Source: a virus
Lineage: Duplodnaviria > Caudoviricetes
IMG/VR virus record: IMGVR_UViG_3300020043_006257
Span: 1 to 24,615 of that record
Length of the DNA stretch: 24,615 bases
Reading direction: 5' to 3' (one strand)
Every line of letters starts with the position of its first letter. Positions within the stretch are counted from its first letter, which is position 1. Positions 16,839 to 24,614 of this stretch are shown here, one piece after another. Both the position numbers and the translations under genes were made by a program. Under the pieces are notes generated by a model. That model worked only from the letters and a program-made list of their open reading frames with translations, ran no database searches and was not told where the DNA came from.

Positions 16839-17424
16839 AGGAAAGGGGCGGGTTAGGGTTGGCTTCTACTTTTGCCGTTTGGTCAATCTTGCTTAGCTGC
16901 TCAATCAGGTCTTCATCATCAGTGCTGATAAACTCAAGCTTGCTTCCCTGCTGGATACTGAAGGCAGCTGACAGCCAGAAAGCCTTAGCCTCAGGCATAG
17001 TGAAAGCATCCTGATAGCTTATACCATTCCTGATCAGATTACAGGCAACGCTCAGCTGCCAAGGCACAGTGCTAGCAGACCCGGCGCGCTGATCTTTCCT
17101 TTCCCAAAACTTAGGGTAAGCGTCAGCCCGGTCTATATGCTTGATGAGCGCAGCACAGCCACGCGCCAGCAAAGGCTTTGACAGCGCCAGCCTTAGGTTA
17201 AGCCATTTGTCCTGCAGGGTTGGCTTATCAATACGCTCATCAGCGCAGACCTTCAGCGCCACGATCAGGTCAGCTGCCGTAAGCTCAGACTGTTCCTCAA
17301 GGAAGGGACTGCCTATGCCTTCAAGGAAAAGCCTGTGCTTCAGGCAGAAAGGTTTGAGTCTCTTGCCTAAGATCACTGTGACCGCAGGCGTAAGAAACGC
17401 AGACAGAAAACGCTGGTCAGCCAT
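16816..17424 (-). CDS. tail assembly chaperone
   Basis: Lies between the tail tube and tape measure; the C-terminal GISYQDAFTMPEAKAFW resembles gpT-like segments. Confidence 0.6.
   Translation of the reverse strand: MADQRFLSAFLTPAVTVILGKRLKPFCLKHRLFLEGIGSPFLEEQSELTAADLIVALKVCADERIDKPTLQDKWLNLRLALSKPLLARGCAALIKHIDRADAYPKFWERKDQRAGSASTVPWQLSVACNLIRNGISYQDAFTMPEAKAFWLSAAFSIQQGSKLEFISTDDEDLIEQLSKIDQTAKVEANPNPPLSYVPRSRV
16867..16887 (-). promoter_or_regulatory. putative late promoter motif upstream of the tape measure
   Basis: ATTGAC-N6-GCAA-AAGT-A. Confidence 0.55.
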
Positions 17425-17473
17425 AACTTCAGGCTGCCAGCGCTTCCGGGGAAAGCAAAGCTAAGCTAAGAGC

Positions 17474-17818
17474 TTAGGCAATACCTTCATAGTCAATGCC
17501 TGTGATGCTGATGCGCATATACCCCTTGGCTTCCCCGCGCTCCTCAATGGCTGTGATGTGTCCCGAAAAAGCGATGCCATTACCTGTGAAGGTCAGGCTG
17601 TCACCTACGCTGGCTGTATAGCTGGAAGGCACAAGACCTTCAATGCTCAGGGTGGTGCGCTCATCAGAATAACGCACACCAATAACAACGCCTTGCGCGT
17701 TAGTAACCTCATCAGCATTGGCAAAGGATTTGCCGACAGAATAACTTTGCACTGTCAATCCGGTCACTGTGCCGTTGATGCCAAAAATATGCGCTGTGCC
17801 CTTCTGAGTAGTTGCCAC
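17474..17818 (-). CDS. major tail (tube) protein
   Basis: Synteny; beta-rich, Thr/Gly/Ser-rich, 114 aa; GTG start. Confidence 0.65.
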   Translation of the reverse strand: MATTQKGTAHIFGINGTVTGLTVQSYSVGKSFANADEVTNAQGVVIGVRYSDERTTLSIEGLVPSSYTASVGDSLTFTGNGIAFSGHITAIEERGEAKGYMRISITGIDYEGIA

Positions 17819-17848
17819 GATGGTAAAAGGTTAAGGGTTAGGAAGGTT

Positions 17849-17870
17849 TACCTATGCAGCCCAAGTCAAA
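17849..17870 (-). promoter_or_regulatory. putative late promoter motif upstream of the tail tube
   Basis: TTTGAC-N7-GCAT-AGGT-A, overlapping the upstream stop codon. Confidence 0.6.
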
Positions 17871-18300
17871 CAGGGCTAAGGACAATAAGGACTTCAAAGG
17901 TAAGGGTGGTGTCAAAGCACCTTTCCCCGCGCCCTTCATTCATACTAACCAGCGTCACATCATAGCAGCTGGCATCCCCCTGACTAGTGAAGACAGCCTT
18001 GACCCCCGGCAGATCAGACAAGCTGCCAAGCACATCCTGAACACTAGCCCGGTGGGTGGCGCGGGGGGTATCATCAATCTGGGTAAAGACACCAATGCTG
18101 ACCTGACAGGTATAATTGCCAAGCCCTTGGGCAAAGCCTGTGGGATAAGCAGCAGACTCACAGGCAACCACAATGCTTGGCAGCTGCAATTCCTCAGCGC
18201 TTTCACCATTACTGATATGGTAAGCGGCAAGGCTAGTCTCAGCTGAAAGGCGCGCAGCTAGGGCATCTTCCACAATACTCAGGGGGCTTTTGATAGTCAT
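17866..18300 (-). CDS. tail terminator / tail completion protein
   Basis: Synteny; LPSIVV motif; ATG 18300 preferred over TTG 18309. Confidence 0.6.
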   Translation of the reverse strand: MTIKSPLSIVEDALAARLSAETSLAAYHISNGESAEELQLPSIVVACESAAYPTGFAQGLGNYTCQVSIGVFTQIDDTPRATHRASVQDVLGSLSDLPGVKAVFTSQGDASCYDVTLVSMNEGRGERCFDTTLTFEVLIVLSPV

Positions 18301-18305
18301 AAGGT

Positions 18306-19259
18306 TCAAGTAGGTTTTTGCGCGCTGTTAGCCTTGGCAATAGCTATGCGCATAAAGTGATTGAGCCTGCGCTGCAGCTTCCCGGCGCGCACACCCATAA
18401 CATAGCGCTTAGTCCCGGCAAGATAGCCAACGCCAAAAATGTCCCCCAGATCATTCCTCACAGTCATAAGCACATTATTGCTGTTGGTCTGGTATTTGTT
18501 AAGGCTGACCGCGCCGTGTTGCGCGTTGTGCCGTGTCACCCAAGCAGGCAGCTTACGCAGTCCGAAGGTCTTATCTATTCCATTAATCTTAGGCTTACCA
18601 ATCTTGTGGATGGTTGCGACCCAGCCAGCCTTCATCCAGCCAACGCGCTGCTGGCGCTTCTTAATATAGTCCTTGATAACTTTGACCGGGGCAAAGGCGT
18701 AAGGCTCACTGCCGCCCATAATCTGTTTGCCTTTGGCATTTTTTCCAATGCGCCCCTTGTAAAGTTTTCTGATCCTGTCGTGCCGCGCCTGAAGGCTGGA
18801 CTCATTCAAAACCTGATGGTTGCGCGATCCGTTAAACTTACGCAGCAGCACCTTGGCGCGAGCAAATGACCGCTGCGTATTGGTATCTTTCCACAGCTCA
18901 TACATAAGCCCACCAGACTTGGGGGGCTTGCCGTTGCGCCAAGCCACATACTTGTCAAACGCACCAGACCGGGAATTGACGGCAACGGCAGCACTCTTGC
19001 TGTCTTCAGTGACAACGCGCAGCACATCATTAGCCACAGCCCAATTACCCCAGCGCTCGGCAATCTTCTTATCACCCTTGCCCCCGGAAGCACCATCAAG
19101 CGGGGGGCTGTAATTGATAGCTTCACGGCAGGTCAGCGCGCCTTCCTCTTTCACAAGGTCTTCAGTCAGCTGGCGGGTGTATGCCCCAAAGTCCTTGTAA
19201 GACCTAGCCAGCGTCTCAGCTAAGGTTCGGTTTACCTTAATCTGAATGTCAGCTGCCAT
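18306..19259 (-). CDS. neck / tail-completion protein (HK97 gp10-like position, basic)
   Basis: Synteny; basic; YSPP and RVGWMKAGW motifs. Confidence 0.55.
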   Translation of the reverse strand: MAADIQIKVNRTLAETLARSYKDFGAYTRQLTEDLVKEEGALTCREAINYSPPLDGASGGKGDKKIAERWGNWAVANDVLRVVTEDSKSAAVAVNSRSGAFDKYVAWRNGKPPKSGGLMYELWKDTNTQRSFARAKVLLRKFNGSRNHQVLNESSLQARHDRIRKLYKGRIGKNAKGKQIMGGSEPYAFAPVKVIKDYIKKRQQRVGWMKAGWVATIHKIGKPKINGIDKTFGLRKLPAWVTRHNAQHGAVSLNKYQTNSNNVLMTVRNDLGDIFGVGYLAGTKRYVMGVRAGKLQRRLNHFMRIAIAKANSAQKPT

Positions 19260-19588
19260 TAGCGCTGGTCAGCGTCTTGGCACTGCATTTGCAGCCAAGC
19301 GCTGCCGGGTCTGTAGGTGAAGGCTGTGACACGATACCCCCGCCCATCAAAGGTCAGGCGCTTGCCGGGTTGCATATGGGACTTGGCAGCTAGGGCGGCA
19401 GTGGTTGCCGGGACTTTGATTAAAGTGGTGATCTTGTCCATCAGACCACCTGCTTCAAGGCTTGGGGTCAGGGTGGGGTCACTGAGCATAGCAGCATAGC
19501 TGACACCATTGATGGTCACTGTCTGTCCTACTTCAGCGCAGATTGCCTGCGCGTCAGCCAGCCAAGCTGCAGTAAGGTTGCTATCCAT
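19259..19588 (-). CDS. head closure / head-tail joining protein (gpFII-like)
   Basis: GQTVTING and PGKRLTFDGRGYRV beta pattern; synteny. Confidence 0.65.
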   Translation of the reverse strand: MDSNLTAAWLADAQAICAEVGQTVTINGVSYAAMLSDPTLTPSLEAGGLMDKITTLIKVPATTAALAAKSHMQPGKRLTFDGRGYRVTAFTYRPGSAWLQMQCQDADQR

Positions 19589-19609
19589 ACTATTGCCGGG
19601 GCTGACAAA
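19588..19609 (-). promoter_or_regulatory. putative late promoter motif directly abutting the ATG
   Basis: TTTGTC-N7-GCAA-TAGT-ATG. Confidence 0.6.
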
Positions 19610-19687
19610 CAGGGCGCGCTATCCTAGGGGTCTGGCTTGGCGCTGGCAGGCTTTGCCGGGGCTGGGGGATACCCTGATACCCCCAGC

Positions 19688-19724
19688 AACAGAAAGCCCC
19701 CACCTAGGCTGGCTAGGTGGGGGC
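19688..19724 (-). terminator. intrinsic terminator of the moron gene
   Basis: 12-bp perfect stem GCCCCCACCTAG/CTAGGTGGGGGC with a 5-nt loop, followed by TTTCTGTT. Confidence 0.8.
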
Positions 19725-19729
19725 GGGTG

Positions 19730-20074
19730 TTAGTCCTGCTTGCGCTTCAGCTCAGCCACATACTGCTTAGGGCTGGGGATGCTGCCATTGATACTGTCTG
19801 CCCAAGATGGGCTGCGGGTGTTATCCCTGTGGTGGTCAATCTCCCAGAGGGAAACCCCATCAACAGTGACTTGGCTGACAGACCAGCGCGCGTGACTCCA
19901 TTTATAGGAGCTGCCTTCACTGATCCACTTGCCCACCTGCTGAGCCTTAAGCTCAGTATCATAATAAGCGCGCCCCCAATTGATGCCCCCTGTATGCGCC
20001 ACTGCTTGTGCAGGGCATAGGTTGCTTGCTGGTTGCGCCTTATCAGGCTTGGTGCTGGTTTTGCGTTTGGTCAT
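19730..20074 (-). CDS. moron-like hypothetical protein (114 aa, Trp-rich)
   Basis: Has its own promoter and terminator; interrupts the capsid-neck gene order. Confidence 0.7.
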   Translation of the reverse strand: MTKRKTSTKPDKAQPASNLCPAQAVAHTGGINWGRAYYDTELKAQQVGKWISEGSSYKWSHARWSVSQVTVDGVSLWEIDHHRDNTRSPSWADSINGSIPSPKQYVAELKRKQD

Positions 20075-20185
20075 TTGGTTTTGGTTTTGGTATCCCTACC
20101 GGGCTTGCACCCAGCAGGAAAGTTTTACCAGCGCAGGACTTTCAAGGATCATACAGTGTGTGGCATCACGCCTGACTGTCCTAAC

Positions 20186-20213
20186 ATCATAGCACATTAA
20201 ATCCTTTTGTCAA
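20186..20213 (-). promoter_or_regulatory. strong sigma70-type promoter with extended -10
   Basis: TTGACA-16 nt-TATGAT, with TGn immediately before the -10 box. Confidence 0.8.
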
Positions 20214-20246
20214 GTCATTAGATTTTCAGCACAGGTGAGCAGACAC

Positions 20247-20278
20247 AAAAAAGCCCACCCTGTTTCCAAGGTGGGCTT
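20247..20278 (-). terminator. intrinsic terminator after the major capsid gene
   Basis: AAGCCCACCTT-GGAAAC-AGGGTGGGCTT followed by a T-run. Confidence 0.85.
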
Positions 20279-20298
20279 GATGATCACTAAGCCTGAGC

Positions 20299-21168
20299 TT
20301 AGGCGCTGGCAATACGCTTGGCGCTGGTGGCGCGACCCTTGCCGCAACCAAAGCGGACTGTGGCGCTAAGGCGCACAATGCCGTCAGTGCCTTGAGACTT
20401 CAGCACCTGAACAGACAGACCAGAAGCGTCAATGGCGCTGGAAACTTCACCCGGGAACATAGACGCATTAGGCAGCGCCATAGCCACGCAGACCGCATCC
20501 TGCCCAAGAGCCACACCCGCCAATCCTTCCGAATTATTCGGGAGGTCAGTAAACTCAAACACATTGAAGTTAGAGACAGTGCCAATAGCGCCTGTCTGGA
20601 TCAGCGCGGACTGACCAGCGCCATTGAAGGGGGCAACCAGCGTAGCATCCTTGCGCAGCGCGCCAGCATAAGTGCTGTTGAGGATGAGCGCGCGAGCGTC
20701 ACCAGCCTTGGCAATAGAAAGGTCAGTGTTGAGGTCAACCACCTGACCATAATTGAAATTGCCAGCAGTAATGACTTCCCCGGCGCTGTAGTTAGCGGCA
20801 GTGAAAAGATTGCCAATGCGCTTGTGGCACTCAGCCACCAGCTCATTAACAGCCTGAGGGATGAAGGCATTGACCATATAGGCTTCACCATATTCAGCCA
20901 GATCATCAGGGGCAAAGTCCTTGGTGCTATGCAGGTGGACAAGCGTGACAGTCTGCGCGGTCAGGGTAGCTTCTTCAGCTTCGTGATAGCCACCAGCAGA
21001 CTTAGAGAAGACCTTAGCCGAACCGCCACCGATCAGGCTAACCTGCATTGTCTTGCCGACAGCAGTGGGGGTGAGATTTGTAGAGAAGGCAGAAAGGACA
21101 CCAAGCTTACCTTTCAGACCAGCCAAGACCTGTTCAGCAAGAACAGCGGGAGCAGCAGCAATAGCCAT
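20299..21168 (-). CDS. major capsid protein (289 aa)
   Basis: Follows protease and scaffold and precedes a terminator; ALILNSTYAGALRKD and GAIGTVSNFNV match HK97-fold patterns. Confidence 0.8.
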   Translation of the reverse strand: MAIAAAPAVLAEQVLAGLKGKLGVLSAFSTNLTPTAVGKTMQVSLIGGGSAKVFSKSAGGYHEAEEATLTAQTVTLVHLHSTKDFAPDDLAEYGEAYMVNAFIPQAVNELVAECHKRIGNLFTAANYSAGEVITAGNFNYGQVVDLNTDLSIAKAGDARALILNSTYAGALRKDATLVAPFNGAGQSALIQTGAIGTVSNFNVFEFTDLPNNSEGLAGVALGQDAVCVAMALPNASMFPGEVSSAIDASGLSVQVLKSQGTDGIVRLSATVRFGCGKGRATSAKRIASA

Positions 21169-21198
21169 ATGATTTATTATTTAGGAGTTAGAGAAAAA

Positions 21199-22029
21199 TT
21201 ATTTAGTAGAAGTAAGGACGGCAAGATGCTTACGGAAGAAAGCCTGACGCTCAGCGCCGGGCTTCATACCAAGGAAGGTCTTACGGATCGCATCAGCGTC
21301 AGGCTTGGCATCAGCGGCAGCAAGCTCATCACCCGGGCTGACAGCCACAGGGGAAATGCCAACGCTGGCGGCAATCTTGGCAGCTTCCTTGGAAGCAGTG
21401 ACCTGATTGGCAAGGGCTTCAGCAAGCTGCTTCTGCAGCTCAGCCTTCTCAGCTTCAAACCCTGCAAGCTTCTGCTCAAGGGCTTCAATGGTCACCTTGC
21501 TGGACTCAGCAACCTTGGTGACTTCAGCAAGCGCGGCAAGCTTCTCAGCAGCCAGCGTCTCAAACGCGCCCTGCAGCTCAGCCTTCTCAGCCTGAACAGC
21601 CACAAGGACAGCCTTGGAAGCAGCAAGCTGGTCTTCAATCGTAAGGATTTCGTTAGCCATCTTATCAGTGCATCTAGAGTCAAATGCTTGCGCTTCCTTG
21701 TCCCATTTCTGCACAAGCCTTTCAGCCCACTTAGCTGCGTCCATCACATCACCTGAGACAGACCCGCCCCAGATCAGCCAAGCCACAGCACCAGCGCCGG
21801 GGAAGTCCGGGTTTCCGGGTTTATTCTTAGGCGCATCAAGGTCAGGCTTATGTCTGGCAAACCAAGCAACCATCCTGCGCACCTTGCTTTCAGTGGTGCT
21901 TCCGTCAGACAGCTCCCTTGCTTCAGCTAGGGTCTTGTCAGTCAGACCATCCCCGCCCTTGCCTTCCCTGTTATAATCTAACCCGCGCTGAGCGTTAGAC
22001 CTGATGAAGCTGGGAACATCCACAGCCAT
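21199..22029 (-). CDS. head protein: conserved N-terminal domain fused in frame to a coiled-coil scaffold (internal start at 21660 likely)
   Basis: N-terminal RGL..GGDG..KVRRMVAWFARH..AWLIWGG; C-terminal Ala/Glu/Lys coiled coil ending ERQAFFRKH. Confidence 0.7.
   Translation of the reverse strand: MAVDVPSFIRSNAQRGLDYNREGKGGDGLTDKTLAEARELSDGSTTESKVRRMVAWFARHKPDLDAPKNKPGNPDFPGAGAVAWLIWGGSVSGDVMDAAKWAERLVQKWDKEAQAFDSRCTDKMANEILTIEDQLAASKAVLVAVQAEKAELQGAFETLAAEKLAALAEVTKVAESSKVTIEALEQKLAGFEAEKAELQKQLAEALANQVTASKEAAKIAASVGISPVAVSPGDELAAADAKPDADAIRKTFLGMKPGAERQAFFRKHLAVLTSTK
21663..21684 (-). promoter_or_regulatory. putative internal late promoter motif for scaffold and capsid
   Basis: TTTGAC-N7-GCAC-TGAT-AAG-ATG. 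Confidence 0.6.
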
Positions 22030-22031
22030 TG

Positions 22032-22847
22032 TCAGACAGCCTTGGCAACCCAGCCCTTGCCTTCCAGCTGGGTGAGCAGCGCCTTGAGATTAGGCACAAG
22101 TCCTGTGGCAAGGTGCTTAGCGACAGCTTCCCGCCCGGTCATAGACTGACCCTGCAGGTCTTCAGGCTTCACCATCTTGCGCGTCTTCAGGATGTCAGCC
22201 TTGAAGGTTTCCCCAGCTCCATCCACTTGGCGCTGCATAAGGTCTTCCTGTTCAGGGGTCAGGCTTGTCCCGGAAACACCCATACCTTTCAGGGGGCTGC
22301 TGCTATTCTTGTAAACCTTGACCTTGATGCCCATAGCCTTGGCTTGCTCACTGAGATCAGTGACAACGCTATACACACCTACAGCCCCAACGCTGCTGGA
22401 AGGCGTGACCACCACCCGCTTAGCTGCCGCGCCAATCCACAGGGCGGCGCTGTTCATAGACCCGGCAGTAAAGCTGATGGTGTCCATAGGAAGTGTGCGG
22501 ATTTTCTCAGCTACTTCCTCAACACCATCAATAGTCCCGCCGTCAGAGTTAACATCAAACAGGATGCGCGCAGGGTTGGCTGCAACAGCAGCGTCAATCT
22601 GGTTATCAAGCTCATCCACATCAACTGATCCAATGGCATCCAAAGGACTCAACCCCTTGCCAATCATACCCTGCACAGGGATTACATAGGTGCTGCCAAC
22701 AACATAGGGCTTGGGCTTCTCACCAAAGATTTGGCTGATAAGGTCAGACAGTCCGGCAGACTTCTTAGCCTGCAGGTATTGCTCAGCAATCTGGTAGTCC
22801 ACAAGGAAGGGCTTACCACCATTGATAGCTTTGATAAGTGTGCGCAT
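22032..22847 (-). CDS. S49-family (SppA/ClpP-like) prohead protease
   Basis: Motifs DVNSDGGTIDG, MNSAALWIGAAA and SSVGAVGV; follows the portal. Confidence 0.9.
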   Translation of the reverse strand: MRTLIKAINGGKPFLVDYQIAEQYLQAKKSAGLSDLISQIFGEKPKPYVVGSTYVIPVQGMIGKGLSPLDAIGSVDVDELDNQIDAAVAANPARILFDVNSDGGTIDGVEEVAEKIRTLPMDTISFTAGSMNSAALWIGAAAKRVVVTPSSSVGAVGVYSVVTDLSEQAKAMGIKVKVYKNSSSPLKGMGVSGTSLTPEQEDLMQRQVDGAGETFKADILKTRKMVKPEDLQGQSMTGREAVAKHLATGLVPNLKALLTQLEGKGWVAKAV

Positions 22848-22859
22848 AGGTTTTAAAGG

Positions 22860-24398
22860 TTAGGTGTTGGTTTCGTCTTCAGCTTCATCCTCAGCGCTGT
22901 CTTCCCTTTCAGGAACAGGCGCGCCCATAGGGTCAGGCAGCTCACCATTAGCCAGCTGTGCTTCAGTGGCAGTAGGCTTGCCCTGACCCTGCTGCAGCCA
23001 ATTGAAACCGGGCTTGTAAAGCATCCAAAGGGGGATGCCTTCAGACTCAGCAAGCTCAGTGATAAACTTAAAATCCTTGGCGCGCTTCATCATTTCTTGG
23101 CGCAGATCAAGTCCACGCAGGCTGTAGGCTTCTGACAGACTCAGCAGACCAAGCTCAATGTCAGCGCGCTCTTGCGCAGCATCCCTGCCAGCGTCAATGG
23201 TCAGGCGCTTGGGTGTAGTCCAGCTGACTTTATTCCAATCAGGCGCATCAGGCAGCTCACCATTGGCAATAGCAGTGCCGATCACAAAGCCCCAGACCTT
23301 TTGACAAAGGCGCTCAATAATAATGGTCTGCCAGCGTGAGAAAGTCCTGTCAGCTTTAGCGGCAATCAACCTTAGCGCACCCCCGGAAGCTGAGGAAGGA
23401 TTACCTGTAAACTCATACGGCAGACCTGTGCCGCGCGCTATGTCGCGCTGGATAGCTTCAAGGAAGCCCACAAACACCGGGCTTGGTCTGTTGCTTTGCA
23501 GACTCTTAAGGTCTTCACCGGGTTCAAGCACAGCCAGCTTGCCGCCCATCTTGCTGGCAAGATCACTGCCATTGGTGGAAGTGCCAGCCAGCTCAGCAGC
23601 AAGATTGTTAGGAACATACCCACCCTGCTTGACCAACACCCTAGTAAAATCTGAGTCATTCCTGACTGCAAGGGCTTCCAATTTCAGCAGCTCATCTTCC
23701 GTCTGAATGTCCTGCCAGCTATGTTGCAGCAAGGGCAGTCCCCTGCTACCACTAGAATAGTCTTGCTCAAGGATATGGCATACAGAAGACGCAGGCACTA
23801 GCTTGGCGGTCTTGTCACCCTGAATGATTGAATAGCCTGCGATCCTGCCAACCCGGTCAAACTGCACACCATCAAGCATACCAACAGGGGGCTGCTCACC
23901 TTCAGGGTTGGCAACCCGGTGGGCTTCCACCAGCTGCACCCGGCACTTGCCGTCAGACACCACAAGCAGCGCGAAGCTATCACCATCCCGCACAGCTGCG
24001 CGGGTCAGTATGCGCTGAGTATCTGCCCAGCTGAAGCGCCCTGACAGATCGCAGGACTTACCCCAATCAGTAAAGTAATCATCATACAGCGCAGCCTTGG
24101 CTTCATCAGCGCAGTGGGACTGATGTTTGATACCATCAGCACCCGGCACATAGGTCACAAAGTCCCCAAGGATTTGACGCACCAGCCCGCAGTTTCTTTC
24201 ACCATAGCGCAGGCGCTTCATCATTTCCACCCGGTCAGCTGGCGTGAAGTCCGCGCTGAAATCTACGGCAGTGCCGTAAATCTGCGCGCGATTGCTAGAC
24301 CAGCTGACGCTGTTAAACTGCTGCGCGCCAGCCTGCTTCAGCGTCTTCTTGCTGACCGCAGCTGTCTTGGGTTTCTTATTGGGCTGTGCTTTTGGCAT
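22860..24398 (-). CDS. portal protein, lambda family
   Basis: Motifs RDGDSF, VEAHRV, DGVQFD..GRIAGY, RGLPLL, LEPGEDL and IARGTGLPYE; 512 aa. Confidence 0.92.
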   Translation of the reverse strand: MPKAQPNKKPKTAAVSKKTLKQAGAQQFNSVSWSSNRAQIYGTAVDFSADFTPADRVEMMKRLRYGERNCGLVRQILGDFVTYVPGADGIKHQSHCADEAKAALYDDYFTDWGKSCDLSGRFSWADTQRILTRAAVRDGDSFALLVVSDGKCRVQLVEAHRVANPEGEQPPVGMLDGVQFDRVGRIAGYSIIQGDKTAKLVPASSVCHILEQDYSSGSRGLPLLQHSWQDIQTEDELLKLEALAVRNDSDFTRVLVKQGGYVPNNLAAELAGTSTNGSDLASKMGGKLAVLEPGEDLKSLQSNRPSPVFVGFLEAIQRDIARGTGLPYEFTGNPSSASGGALRLIAAKADRTFSRWQTIIIERLCQKVWGFVIGTAIANGELPDAPDWNKVSWTTPKRLTIDAGRDAAQERADIELGLLSLSEAYSLRGLDLRQEMMKRAKDFKFITELAESEGIPLWMLYKPGFNWLQQGQGKPTATEAQLANGELPDPMGAPVPEREDSAEDEAEDETNT

Positions 24399-24404
24399 AA
24401 GGCG

Positions 24405-24614
24405 TTAGTCCCGCAGGTTGCTCCAATCAGTCCTAATAACTGTGGTCTGCTCAGGATAATTCTCAGGCTCTAGCTGGCTCAGCGCAAAGTAGGCTTCACG
24501 CATACGCTCATTAGCGTCACCTACCAGCGTCTTGCCTACAGAAGTGCCGCTATCAGAATAGCTTGTGACCACAGCGCCAGCCTTCACCTGCGCCAAGGCT
24601 GTGTTATAAATGTC
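24405..24614 (-). CDS. gpW-like head-tail adaptor (5' truncated)
   Basis: Frame stays open to the window edge; VTSYSDSGTSVGK hairpin; directly upstream of a lambda-type portal. Confidence 0.6.
   Translation of the reverse strand, partial: DIYNTALAQVKAGAVVTSYSDSGTSVGKTLVGDANERMREAYFALSQLEPENYPEQTTVIRTDWSNLRD

Noticed and set aside
20090-20120. tRNA-like 3' end (GGGTGCAAGCCC...ACCA)
   Set aside because: No D-arm, anticodon arm or matching acceptor 5' strand; better explained as a simple hairpin.
20130-20182. Hammerhead-ribozyme-like words (CUGUAUGA...GAAA) in the moron leader
   Set aside because: The core is not CUGANGA, there is no stem II, and no correctly placed NUH cleavage triplet.
9027-21684. 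Reading the late motif as a sigma54 promoter
   Set aside because: It lacks the invariant GG, and its variable 6-7 nt spacer conflicts with the strict GG-N10-GC geometry.
20392-21756. 454-aa plus-strand ORF
   Set aside because: It is antisense to the capsid and scaffold genes, has no recognisable motifs, and is explained as a shadow of biased codon usage.
232-24473. All other plus-strand ORFs in the track (e.g. 876-1622, 6936-7442, 14802-15317, 18318-18869, 22029-22628)
   Set aside because: They overlap well-supported minus-strand genes and have shadow-like Ser/Ala/Leu-rich composition.
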